Positions 28,144 to 37,003 of a stretch of 64,000 bases of DNA are shown one piece after another. Made by a program: the position numbers and the translations under genes. The DNA is taken from positions 1-64,000 of the IMG/VR virus record IMGVR_UViG_3300020442_000005; one strand, 5' to 3'. Positions within the stretch are counted from its first letter, which is position 1; every line of letters begins with the position of its first letter. Below the pieces are notes generated by a model. The model was not told the DNA's origin. It worked only from the letters and a program-made list of their open reading frames with translations, and made no database searches.

Positions 28144-28527
28144 ATGAGATACAGTGATAAGGTACAAGAGCATTTTAACAACCCAAAAAACGTTGGGTCA
28201 CTTGACAGGAACGATCCATCTGTTGGTACAGCCGTAGTGGGCGCACCGGCATGCGGTGATGTTATGCAGCTGCAGCTAAAAATCAATGATGAAGGAATTA
28301 TAGAGGATGCAAAGTTCAAGACGTTCGGTTGTGGATCAGCTATCGCATCATCATCATTGGTGACGACACTTGTAAAAGGAAAATCTCTAGAGCATGCCTC
28401 TCAAATAAAAAATGTAGATATTGCAGCGGATCTGGAATTGCCACCACAGAAAATTCACTGTTCCGTCCTTGCAGAAGATGCGATTAAGGAAGCGATCAGA
28501 AACTATAGAGAAAAAATGAACAAATAG
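28144..28527 (+). CDS. iscU: Fe-S cluster scaffold IscU
   Basis: YSDKV.EHFNNPKNVG, APACGDVM, FKTFGCGSAIASSS, KIHCSVLAEDAI. Confidence 0.97.
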   Translation: MRYSDKVQEHFNNPKNVGSLDRNDPSVGTAVVGAPACGDVMQLQLKINDEGIIEDAKFKTFGCGSAIASSSLVTTLVKGKSLEHASQIKNVDIAADLELPPQKIHCSVLAEDAIKEAIRNYREKMNK

Positions 28528-28536
28528 AAACCGTGA

Positions 28537-28565
28537 ATGTAAAACCTGTTAGTCATGTATATAAT
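28537..28565 (+). promoter_or_regulatory. Promoter ATGTAA-N17-TATAAT
   Basis: Perfect -10 box, 17-nt spacer, upstream of the helicase. Confidence 0.7.
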
Positions 28566-28589
28566 GTACATGTACAAACAGGAGCAAAT

Positions 28590-30194
28590 ATGACCAAATC
28601 ATGGAAAACATACTTTCCCTATAATCAACCACGACCAGAGCAAATTAGAGCAATAGATTTTTCGCTTGACGCATTTGACAATGATAAAAGATTCGTTATT
28701 GTTGAGGCTGGTACCGGTGTTGGAAAAAGCGCAATTGGATTTACAGTTGCGCAAGCAGTACTTCAGGCAGCCAACCCACACGACGCTGTATTTAGTCCCA
28801 GTGCATATTATTTGACAACTCAGAAAATCCTACAAGAACAATACATGAGAGATTTTAAGTCGAAGGGAATGCTATCGCTTAAGTCTTCAAGCAATTATAG
28901 GTGTCAGTATTATAAAAGCAAGTCATGCAGCGAAGCTAGACGAGAGTTATCAGCGAGCAAAGATCCAAACTTTCGAAAGTCTTGTACCGGCGGCTGCCAC
29001 TATGTGGTTGATAAAAATAAGTTTATTGCAGGTGAGCATGGAGTTACTAACTTTCCATATTTTCTAACAGAAATAAACCTTGCAGGAAACTTGCCACCAA
29101 GAAAAATTATGGTAATCGATGAGTGTCACAATATAGAGCTAGAAATGTCAAAGTTTGTCGAGGTTTCAGTTACTGAATACTTTGCAAAAAAGATGCTGAA
29201 ATTAAAACCGAACAATCTTCGCACGCAATTTCAAGTTTATAGTTGGATAAAGTCGACTTACATGCCAAAATTGACTGCAGTTCGTAGCCAAATGGCAAGA
29301 ACACTTGAAAACACTGGCCTAAAAAACAGACTAGACGAATTTGTGGCCTTGCAAAAAAAGTGGGCTGCCATTGATGGCCATTGGTCGAAATTAGACAGAT
29401 TTATCCAGCTTTACGATAAGGATAATTGGGTCATGAACATTGTTGATAATCCAAATGGTAAAAAGTTTGAGTTTAAACCGATTGACATTGCGCCTTTTAC
29501 AAACGATCTATTGTTTAGAAGAGCTGATAAAATATTTCTGATGTCGGCGACAATTATGAATAAGTCGGCATTCTGCAAAGTTCTAGGTATCGACGAAAAG
29601 GAGGCTGCTTTTATACACATTCCAAGCCCTTTCGATATCGAAAAGCGTCCAATTCACGCATTCCCGATTGCAAAAATGGGTGCAAAAGATATTGATGCTA
29701 ATCTGCCTAAAATGGCTGAAGCTGTTAAATCAATACTTGAGCAGCACAAAGACGAGAAAGGAATCATACATTGTCATTCATATAAAATAGCACGGTATTT
29801 AAAAGACAATATAAGGTCAAAGCGTCTATTAAGTCATGATTCAACAGATCGTGACAAGGTTTTGGCATACCACCAAGCAGATACTAGACCAACGGTGTTG
29901 TTGTCTCCATCCATGACAGAGGGTGTCGATCTCAAGGGAGATGCTAGTAGATTTCAAATCATATGCAAGATACCATATCCATACTTAGGTGATAAACTAG
30001 TGAAGAAGAGAATGAATAAATGGAAATGGTGGTATCCTTTACAGACAGCAAAAGTAATTGTACAATCTGTAGGACGGTCAGTGCGTAACGAAGAAGATCA
30101 TGCCATCACGTATATTCTTGATGCAGGGTGGGATTATTTCTTTACAAAAAACAAGGATGTGTTCCCAGAAGATTTTAGAAAAGCGTTGAGGTAA
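28590..30194 (+). CDS. DinG/XPD-family SF2 helicase with 4-Cys Fe-S domain (start reassigned from 28533)
   Basis: PRPEQ Q-motif, AGTGVGKS, IDECH, MSAT, EGVDL, QSVGRSVR; C-x7-C-x18-C-x3-C. Confidence 0.9.
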   Translation: MTKSWKTYFPYNQPRPEQIRAIDFSLDAFDNDKRFVIVEAGTGVGKSAIGFTVAQAVLQAANPHDAVFSPSAYYLTTQKILQEQYMRDFKSKGMLSLKSSSNYRCQYYKSKSCSEARRELSASKDPNFRKSCTGGCHYVVDKNKFIAGEHGVTNFPYFLTEINLAGNLPPRKIMVIDECHNIELEMSKFVEVSVTEYFAKKMLKLKPNNLRTQFQVYSWIKSTYMPKLTAVRSQMARTLENTGLKNRLDEFVALQKKWAAIDGHWSKLDRFIQLYDKDNWVMNIVDNPNGKKFEFKPIDIAPFTNDLLFRRADKIFLMSATIMNKSAFCKVLGIDEKEAAFIHIPSPFDIEKRPIHAFPIAKMGAKDIDANLPKMAEAVKSILEQHKDEKGIIHCHSYKIARYLKDNIRSKRLLSHDSTDRDKVLAYHQADTRPTVLLSPSMTEGVDLKGDASRFQIICKIPYPYLGDKLVKKRMNKWKWWYPLQTAKVIVQSVGRSVRNEEDHAITYILDAGWDYFFTKNKDVFPEDFRKALR

Positions 30195-30196
30195 TC

Positions 30197-31357
30197 ATGA
30201 AAAAAAGTCAAGAATTAGACAAAAAACTGTTAAAAATTCTTCAAAATGAATCAAACAGACAGCACGAAATGCATAACTTTATAGCATCAGAGAATTTTTC
30301 ATCTGATCAAGTTCGCCGCTTCGTTGGTTCGAAGTTTACGAACAAGTATGCTGAAGGGTATCCTGGAAGACGGTATTATAACGGCTGCGAAAACTATGAT
30401 GAGCTAGAAAAGTATGCAAATGGATTGCTTAAAAATTTATACGGATGCAAATTTGCAAATGTACAGCCTCACTCCGGGGCCAATGCAAACTTGGCAATAT
30501 ACAAAGCGTTTTTGAAACCGGGCGACAGAACGCTTGGAATGGACTTAACCGCTGGTGGACATTTATCCCATGGATCTGGAGCAAATTTATCTGGCCAGTG
30601 GTTTGATGCACACTTCTATAACGTTGGAAACCTAGGTTGGCTAGACTATGATATCATAAGAAAAACAGCGAAAGAAGTTCAGCCAAGATTAATTGTTGCC
30701 GGCGCATCAGCATATCCCCGACAGATCGATTGGCTAGCTTTTCGACACATTGCTGATGAAGTCGGCGCATACCTTTTGGTTGATATGGCACACTACAGTG
30801 GTCTCATAGCCGGCAACGTTTATCCTAATCCAGTGCCGTATGCTGATTTTGTAACATCGACAACACATAAGACTCTACGTGGGGCACGTGGTGGAATGAT
30901 ACTGTGGAATAATCCAGACTATCGAAGAAAAATAAACTCAGCTGTTTTTCCTGGCACTCAGGGCGGTCCTCTTATGAATCAAATAGCTGGGAAAGCGCAA
31001 GCATTTTTTGAGGCATCCCAACCGGCATTTAAAGAATATGCTCAGACGGTCATCGATAACGCCAAAGTCATGGTACATACTTTTCATTCGAATGGAATTC
31101 AAATGTCGACAAACGGTACGGACTCTCACATAATCCTAATCCATACGGGAGATAAAACCGGAAAGGATGTTGCCAATGAACTTGAGCAAAAGCATGGTAT
31201 AGTGTGTAACAAAAACACTGTTCCAAATGATCCAAGGTCGGTTATAGAGACGTCTGGCATTCGAATTGGAACTGCCGCAATGACAACTCGAAAGGGTGCT
31301 GACTACGATTATTTCAAAAACATTGCAACAATAATCTCAAAAGTCATAAAGGAGTAA
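30197..31357 (+). CDS. glyA: Serine hydroxymethyltransferase
   Basis: IASEN, YAEGYPGRRYY, QPHSG, GGHLSHG, DMAH, TTHKTLRG, FPGTQGGP. Confidence 0.97.
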   Translation: MKKSQELDKKLLKILQNESNRQHEMHNFIASENFSSDQVRRFVGSKFTNKYAEGYPGRRYYNGCENYDELEKYANGLLKNLYGCKFANVQPHSGANANLAIYKAFLKPGDRTLGMDLTAGGHLSHGSGANLSGQWFDAHFYNVGNLGWLDYDIIRKTAKEVQPRLIVAGASAYPRQIDWLAFRHIADEVGAYLLVDMAHYSGLIAGNVYPNPVPYADFVTSTTHKTLRGARGGMILWNNPDYRRKINSAVFPGTQGGPLMNQIAGKAQAFFEASQPAFKEYAQTVIDNAKVMVHTFHSNGIQMSTNGTDSHIILIHTGDKTGKDVANELEQKHGIVCNKNTVPNDPRSVIETSGIRIGTAAMTTRKGADYDYFKNIATIISKVIKE

Positions 31358-31360
31358 ACG

Positions 31361-31891
31361 ATGGCTATAGTTTCAAACATAAGTACACTAAGGACATATC
31401 TTAGCGAAAACAGTAACCAAAGACCGATATATATGACCTCCGGAGGATTTGATCCAATGCACGTTGGCCATGTCCGATGCATCGCCGGAACGTATGCCTT
31501 GGCTTCTAATAAAGACATCCACCCTTGGCAGATGAAAGGATTAGTTGTGGTTGTTGTTAATGCCGATTCGTTCCTTATTAGAAAAAAAGGCTATGCTTTT
31601 ATGCCTCTTGAAGAAAGAATGGAAATAATCGATGCCATCGAGGGAGTCGACTTTGTCGTGCCTTGGGAAACAGACGGTGACCAAACTGTTTGTGGTGCGA
31701 TCGAAATTCTAAAGCCCACATTTTTTACAAAGGGAGGAGATAGATTTGACGCGTCGACGATACCCGAGTGGAGTATATGCGAAAAAGTGGGTTGCGAGAT
31801 CATTACTGGCGTTGGTAAAGGCGGAAAAATACAGAGTAGCTCAGAGCTGATTGAAAGAGCAAACAAGTTTCTTGGTACCAACAATGAATAA
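31361..31891 (+). CDS. Cytidylyltransferase-like protein (TagD/RfaE-C type)
   Basis: SGGFDPMHVGH, ERMEII, KGGDR, SSS. Confidence 0.88.
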   Translation: MAIVSNISTLRTYLSENSNQRPIYMTSGGFDPMHVGHVRCIAGTYALASNKDIHPWQMKGLVVVVVNADSFLIRKKGYAFMPLEERMEIIDAIEGVDFVVPWETDGDQTVCGAIEILKPTFFTKGGDRFDASTIPEWSICEKVGCEIITGVGKGGKIQSSSELIERANKFLGTNNE

Positions 31892-32480
31892 ATCAATTGA
31901 TTATTTCGAGCATTATGATAAACATTTAATTATATTTGATTTTGATGAAACGTTGTGCCACAATCCGAGCGCAAAAGTATATATTGAAAATAATCGAACA
32001 GGTCAGACTATAGAAATGTCTCCAACCGAATATTCGAAATGGAGATCAACTGGCGAGTATGAAAAAAATAAGTCTGATTGGGAAATGAATTTTGAAGAAT
32101 TTCAAAAGTATCCAAAAAACGGCAAACCAATCACGAGTACTGTCGAAAAATTAAAGCATTACGCCTCACGTGATCATTACGTGGTTGCTTTAGTTACGGG
32201 AAGAGACAATCTTATTGGGCCAAAAAAGTGGATGAGTGATTTTTACATTCCTATAAATAAAATAACAATGCACTGTTCCGGCAGCCCTGATAAGCGAAAC
32301 TGTTTTCGTTCACTTATTAATACTTTTGAACCAATGCACGTTACAATATATGAAGATTCAGTAGAATACATAGAACAATGCCAGGAAATATGTGCATTTT
32401 TTGAAATACCATTTTCGGGTGTGTTAGTTAAAGACGGAGTCATAAATATTAATTGGAGAAAAAATGACACGAAAAGTTGA
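31884..32480 (+). CDS. HAD-like phosphatase, paralogue of 11530-12450
   Basis: FDFDETL, VTGR, YEDS; start ATG 31884. Confidence 0.78.
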   Translation: MNKSIDYFEHYDKHLIIFDFDETLCHNPSAKVYIENNRTGQTIEMSPTEYSKWRSTGEYEKNKSDWEMNFEEFQKYPKNGKPITSTVEKLKHYASRDHYVVALVTGRDNLIGPKKWMSDFYIPINKITMHCSGSPDKRNCFRSLINTFEPMHVTIYEDSVEYIEQCQEICAFFEIPFSGVLVKDGVININWRKNDTKS

Positions 32481-32817
32481 AAAACCATGGGGCCATGAAG
32501 TTATTTGGGCGGAAACAAAAGATTATGTTGGAAAAATACTACATATAAACTCTGGCCATCGATTGAGCCTACAATATCACGAAACGAAAGAAGAAACTAT
32601 ATACGTTTTATCTGGACAGCTAGCGCTATGGACATCTGAAGATGATAATAGCTACATCGTTCTGGGCGAGGGTGCATCGTATCACGTTAAACCAGGGCAA
32701 ATACACAGATTCGGCTCTCTTGAGAAAGAAAGTTTAGGTAAGCCAACAGTATTGATCGAGGTTAGTACACCACATTTGCAAGACGTTAAAAGATTAGCTG
32801 ACGATTACAAGAGGTAA
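32464..32817 (+). CDS. Cupin (mannose-6-phosphate isomerase type II C-terminal-like)
   Basis: VEKPWG, LSLQYH..KEET, HRF, EVSTP. Confidence 0.85.
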   Translation: MTRKVEKPWGHEVIWAETKDYVGKILHINSGHRLSLQYHETKEETIYVLSGQLALWTSEDDNSYIVLGEGASYHVKPGQIHRFGSLEKESLGKPTVLIEVSTPHLQDVKRLADDYKR

Positions 32818-32819
32818 AA

Positions 32820-33017
32820 ATGTATCACAAAGAGGAGTTGTTTAAAAAAATACTAGCTTGGAAACTAGTTTCTATTATGTCAACAACTTTTATAACTTGG
32901 ATTCACATCGGATCAATAATTAAGTCAGCATACTTTGCATTGGTATTGCATACATGCCTAACTATTTTGTTTTATTTGTTTTCATTTATTTGGGATAAGA
33001 AAAAGGAAGACCCATAA
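32820..33017 (+). CDS. Small 2-TM membrane protein
   Basis: Two hydrophobic segments. Confidence 0.6.
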   Translation: MYHKEELFKKILAWKLVSIMSTTFITWIHIGSIIKSAYFALVLHTCLTILFYLFSFIWDKKKEDP

Positions 33018-33053
33018 TTATCTACAGCGTTTATTAATCAACAGAGAGCAACT

Positions 33054-33830
33054 ATGAGATTGAATGAAAGAAGATTAAGAAGGGTTATTAGAGGCCTAGT
33101 TTTAGAATTTGTGTCACAAATCCCACAGCCGCCGCCGGCATTAGAAAAGCTGCCTGGATATGCAAAAAATAAAGAGATGAATATCTTCAATGATTTGCAT
33201 GACCTTGCTAACAGCGCATTGCGAGACGAAGTTTTCAAACCAATTGATGATTCATATAGAAAGGGCCTCGATCAACCAAACGCAGATATCCAAGAGCCGG
33301 ACCACCTAAGAGATCCAGCTAGAAACGACTACTCGGAGTTTCTAGTTTGGGACATTGATGATGATCCACATCCAGACGTAATCCGCGGAATGAAACCAAA
33401 GGCTGGATACATGAAGTTATCTTTAAGCGCAACGGATCTAAGTCGAGAAGCAGGTTTATACTCTAAGGCTGATACGGTCGCGCGACTCAAGGACGGCCGG
33501 CATTTTGCAGAAATGAGTGGTCCCGCAGCTGGTGTTGCAATGACCGCTGGTGTAAAAGCTATTTTAGATCCAGAAAAAGTTCAAGAGTTACTCGGAAGTA
33601 GAAAAAAGATTCAATGGTTTGGAGTACATCCACACGATCAAGGTCATCCGGATTTTCAGGATAAAAACTCACGCCTCGAGGCAGAAGGCGCAAGAAGAAA
33701 ATCATCGGCAGATTACAAACCAGAAGATGAGACGGTACGGACGCCTGGCATGTATGATGGATGGTATGTACGAATGCTCGGCATGCCACCAAAGCCACAT
33801 GCTAAAATGATTTTCGGTGAAATAAACTAA
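33054..33830 (+). CDS. Hypothetical protein with leader variant MRLNERRLRRVIRGLVLE
   Basis: ORF track; leader-like N-terminus. Confidence 0.78.
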   Translation: MRLNERRLRRVIRGLVLEFVSQIPQPPPALEKLPGYAKNKEMNIFNDLHDLANSALRDEVFKPIDDSYRKGLDQPNADIQEPDHLRDPARNDYSEFLVWDIDDDPHPDVIRGMKPKAGYMKLSLSATDLSREAGLYSKADTVARLKDGRHFAEMSGPAAGVAMTAGVKAILDPEKVQELLGSRKKIQWFGVHPHDQGHPDFQDKNSRLEAEGARRKSSADYKPEDETVRTPGMYDGWYVRMLGMPPKPHAKMIFGEIN

Positions 33831-33834
33831 TAAT

Positions 33835-34236
33835 ATGGCCGGTGCAGGTTTTATCATATACTCTACCAGAGACAAAACAATAAAGTTTCTTGGATTAGTT
33901 GGGCCGCGTGAAATGCAGGTTAATCATGACGGAATATTCGACATTCCTAAAGGCACAATAGACCCGGGTGAAGATACCCTTGCTGCAGCCTTGAGGGAAT
34001 TAAAAGAGGAAACAGGCATAATACTTCCAAAAAAGAATTACCCTTATACTAGCTACGAAGGTCTGACAATCTATTTGGCACACAGCGAGAAACAGGCAAG
34101 AATACAGCCTAACCCAGAAACTGGCATTGTAGAGCATCAGATGGCTTTATATGTAGCGCCAGACCTATTAGAAAACCAAGCCTATGATTATCTGAGGCCG
34201 GCTATCGCGTGGGCAAGAGATTACTTATCAAATTAA
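33835..34236 (+). CDS. NUDIX hydrolase
   Basis: PKGTIDPGEDTLAAALRELKEETG Nudix box. Confidence 0.92.
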   Translation: MAGAGFIIYSTRDKTIKFLGLVGPREMQVNHDGIFDIPKGTIDPGEDTLAAALRELKEETGIILPKKNYPYTSYEGLTIYLAHSEKQARIQPNPETGIVEHQMALYVAPDLLENQAYDYLRPAIAWARDYLSN

Positions 34237-34293
34237 TTTTATATATTTACCCATTGCGATATATAATTATGAGTATATATTAATGGAGTAAAA

Positions 34294-35454
34294 ATGTCAA
34301 GTGTATTTTCGCATCACAAAACAGTTGCAGATCGATCTGCGTCTGATAGGCGGCGTCATAAGAAAAAAATAGAAGAAGCCATTAAGGATGGTATACACGA
34401 CATTGTCGCAGAAGAGTCTATTATAGGACAGGATGGGAAGAAAAAAATAAAAATTCCTGTTCGCGGTATTAAGGAATATAAGTTTGTATATGGTTCGAAC
34501 AATTCCGGAACAGGTGCCGGTGGCGAACATGACGTCAAAAAAGGCCAAGTTTTAAAGAAAGGACAGAAAAAACAGCAGCAAGGCCAAGGTGACAAACCTG
34601 GAAATCAGCCCGGGCAGGAATATTATGACGTTGAAGTCACACTAGAGGAATTGGCAGATTACCTGTTTGCTGATCTAGAGTTGCCAGAGCTAGAGAAAAA
34701 ATCATTAAAACAAATCGTTGCTGAAAAGTGGAAGCGTAAAGGATACAGACCGCAGGGCATAAGACCTAGACTTTCGAAAAAAGAAACAGCAAAGCAGCGC
34801 ATACGAAGAAAGAAAGCGGCAGAGCGCGCGTCTAGCATAGACCCAGATGAGCCGTTTTCATTTATCGAATCTGATCTGAGATACAAGCACATTACAAAAA
34901 CCGAGAAGAATATCTCAAACGCTGTAATATTTTTTATTATGGATGTATCCGGATCCATGTCAAAGGACAAGAAATATTTGGCAAGGAGTTTCTTCTTCTT
35001 GCTATATCATTTTATAAGATCGAAGTATGAAAAAACGGATCTAGTCTTTATAGCACATGATACTAGACCCTATGAGGTAGATGAGGACAAGTTTTTCAAC
35101 AGAGGTACTGGCGGTGGTACTATGGTATCTCCTACCTTGGAATATGTTTTAGAGGCAATCAATAAAAGATATGATCCATCAGCATGGAACATATATGCTT
35201 TCCATTGTTCAGACGGAGATAATTGGTCGTCCGATAACGACAAAACCTTAGAGCTGACGCTAAAAATAGCAGACATATGTCAATTGTACGGCTATTGCGA
35301 AATTGATCCGATGGAAACGGTTGCTTGGCTCAAATCCGACAACTCTCTAGGAGCGCTCTATGACAAAATACATTCAGTCAAATCAGCATTCATCAATTCA
35401 AAAAAAGACGTCTGGCCGGCCTTCAAAGAGTTTTTTGGAAAAACATCCAGTTAA
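34294..35454 (+). CDS. yeaH: YeaH/YhbH (DUF444) vWA protein
   Basis: DRRRH..KI, MDVSGSM, FIAHDT, GGGT.VS, YAFHCSDGDNW. Confidence 0.93.
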   Translation: MSSVFSHHKTVADRSASDRRRHKKKIEEAIKDGIHDIVAEESIIGQDGKKKIKIPVRGIKEYKFVYGSNNSGTGAGGEHDVKKGQVLKKGQKKQQQGQGDKPGNQPGQEYYDVEVTLEELADYLFADLELPELEKKSLKQIVAEKWKRKGYRPQGIRPRLSKKETAKQRIRRKKAAERASSIDPDEPFSFIESDLRYKHITKTEKNISNAVIFFIMDVSGSMSKDKKYLARSFFFLLYHFIRSKYEKTDLVFIAHDTRPYEVDEDKFFNRGTGGGTMVSPTLEYVLEAINKRYDPSAWNIYAFHCSDGDNWSSDNDKTLELTLKIADICQLYGYCEIDPMETVAWLKSDNSLGALYDKIHSVKSAFINSKKDVWPAFKEFFGKTSS

Positions 35455-35704
35455 AGAATCGACATTAGTAAGATTTGGATGGTATTACAGAAACAAACCC
35501 ATTCCGGATGATGAGACAAAAATAATTGGAGTGGTTTTAGATTCTCCAGAATGGAGATATTTTAGATACGAGAAGTTAAGTTTTTCAAAAGGAAAATGGT
35601 GTATTATTGAAAAAGAAGAGAACACATTAGTTGTTTGCGTTTATACACTGCATGGTGAGTTTGTATACTATCCATTATATAATTTGATAAAGGTTGAGGA
35701 ATGA
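35360..35704 (+). CDS. Small hypothetical protein inserted between yeaH and spoVR (true start uncertain)
   Basis: Fills the 35455-35708 gap; aromatic-rich. Confidence 0.55.
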   Translation: MTKYIQSNQHSSIQKKTSGRPSKSFLEKHPVKESTLVRFGWYYRNKPIPDDETKIIGVVLDSPEWRYFRYEKLSFSKGKWCIIEKEENTLVVCVYTLHGEFVYYPLYNLIKVEE

Positions 35705-35708
35705 AAAA

Positions 35709-36992
35709 ATGAGCGATTGGAATCTACGTGATCTTGAAAAATGGGATGAAGAGATTTGTAAAATAGCAAAGGACCATGGTTTAGATTGGTATCCAATAAC
35801 GTATGAAACATGCGATTATTATGAAATGATTGGCAACATGTCATACCACGGCATGCCGACACATTATGGCCACTGGTCATTTGGTAAATCTTTTGAGATA
35901 CAACATTCACAGTACCAGCATGGTGTGACTGGATTGCCTTATGAGTTGATTATAAATTCTGATCCTTGCATTTCTTACTTAATGCGTGAGAATCCACTAT
36001 ATTTACAGATATTGATTATGGCTCACTGCGTTGGCCACAGTGATTTTTTCAAAAAAAATCGAATGTTTGGATTTACCCGAGCTGATACAGTTGTACCGAG
36101 AATGAGAAACGCAAAAAAGAGAATTCAAAAATATGTCGAAGATCCATGGATCGGTATTGAAAAAGTCGAAAAAGTGATAGATGCCTGCCAAGCTCTTTCA
36201 TATCAGGTACCTAGGCACCCCAAAGACGTTGTTTCTCTTAAGGAAGAGTACGAAGCTGATAAAATAGTAAACAAAAAAGCAGAACTAGAAAAGCCACCAT
36301 ACAAAGAGTATGATATATTAGGGTTCGTGCTAGATTTTGCAACAGACTTGCCAGAGTGGAAAAGGGATATCATATCAATTGTTCGTGATGAAGCTTATTA
36401 TTTTATGCCGCAAATAAGAACAAAAGTTATGAATGAAGGTTGGGCATGTTTCTGGCATTACAAAATCGTACATGAACTGAATTTACCGCAAAAGTATCAC
36501 ATTCCTTTTTTAAAATCTCATAATCAAGTTGTAAGACCACACGTTGGAAGAATCAACCCTTATCATTTGGGCTTTCATTTGTTTAACAAAATAGAAGAAA
36601 GACACGGCCTGAAGGAATGTTTTATTGCCCGTGAAGTCCATAATGATGAGTCTTTTATAAGACAATATCTGACACAAGAAGATTGCGAAGAACTTAATCT
36701 ATTTTCATATTCTAAAAACGATATTAATGATTTAGTTGTCGACGAAGTATCAGACTATGATGGTTGGAAAACGGTTAAAAACAATTTAATAAACCAGATT
36801 GGTTCGAACTCAATTCCGGTAATTTATGTAGAATCGATCGAAAAAGACAATACACTAATACTACACCATGAACACGACGGACGTGACCTACAGATTCAGT
36901 ATGCTGAACATGTTTTAGAACATTGTAAACATCTGTGGCAATCTGATGTAAGATTAATAACAATGCTTGACGAAGCACCATACGAAATTTAA
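35709..36992 (+). CDS. spoVR: SpoVR/YcgB family protein
   Basis: GMP.HY.HWSFGK, LPYELIINSDP, AH..GHSDFF, TKVMNEGWA, NPY.LG. Confidence 0.95.
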   Translation: MSDWNLRDLEKWDEEICKIAKDHGLDWYPITYETCDYYEMIGNMSYHGMPTHYGHWSFGKSFEIQHSQYQHGVTGLPYELIINSDPCISYLMRENPLYLQILIMAHCVGHSDFFKKNRMFGFTRADTVVPRMRNAKKRIQKYVEDPWIGIEKVEKVIDACQALSYQVPRHPKDVVSLKEEYEADKIVNKKAELEKPPYKEYDILGFVLDFATDLPEWKRDIISIVRDEAYYFMPQIRTKVMNEGWACFWHYKIVHELNLPQKYHIPFLKSHNQVVRPHVGRINPYHLGFHLFNKIEERHGLKECFIAREVHNDESFIRQYLTQEDCEELNLFSYSKNDINDLVVDEVSDYDGWKTVKNNLINQIGSNSIPVIYVESIEKDNTLILHHEHDGRDLQIQYAEHVLEHCKHLWQSDVRLITMLDEAPYEI

Positions 36993-37003
36993 GGGAGCAA
37001 ATA

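Noticed and set aside
15885-31891. NAD-reconstitution (Nampt/Nmnat or Adps/Namat) anti-defence pathway from the HxGH proteins
   Set aside because: No phosphoribosyltransferase or PRPP-synthetase-like partner is visible; 31361 fits TagD/RfaE-type cytidylyltransferases better
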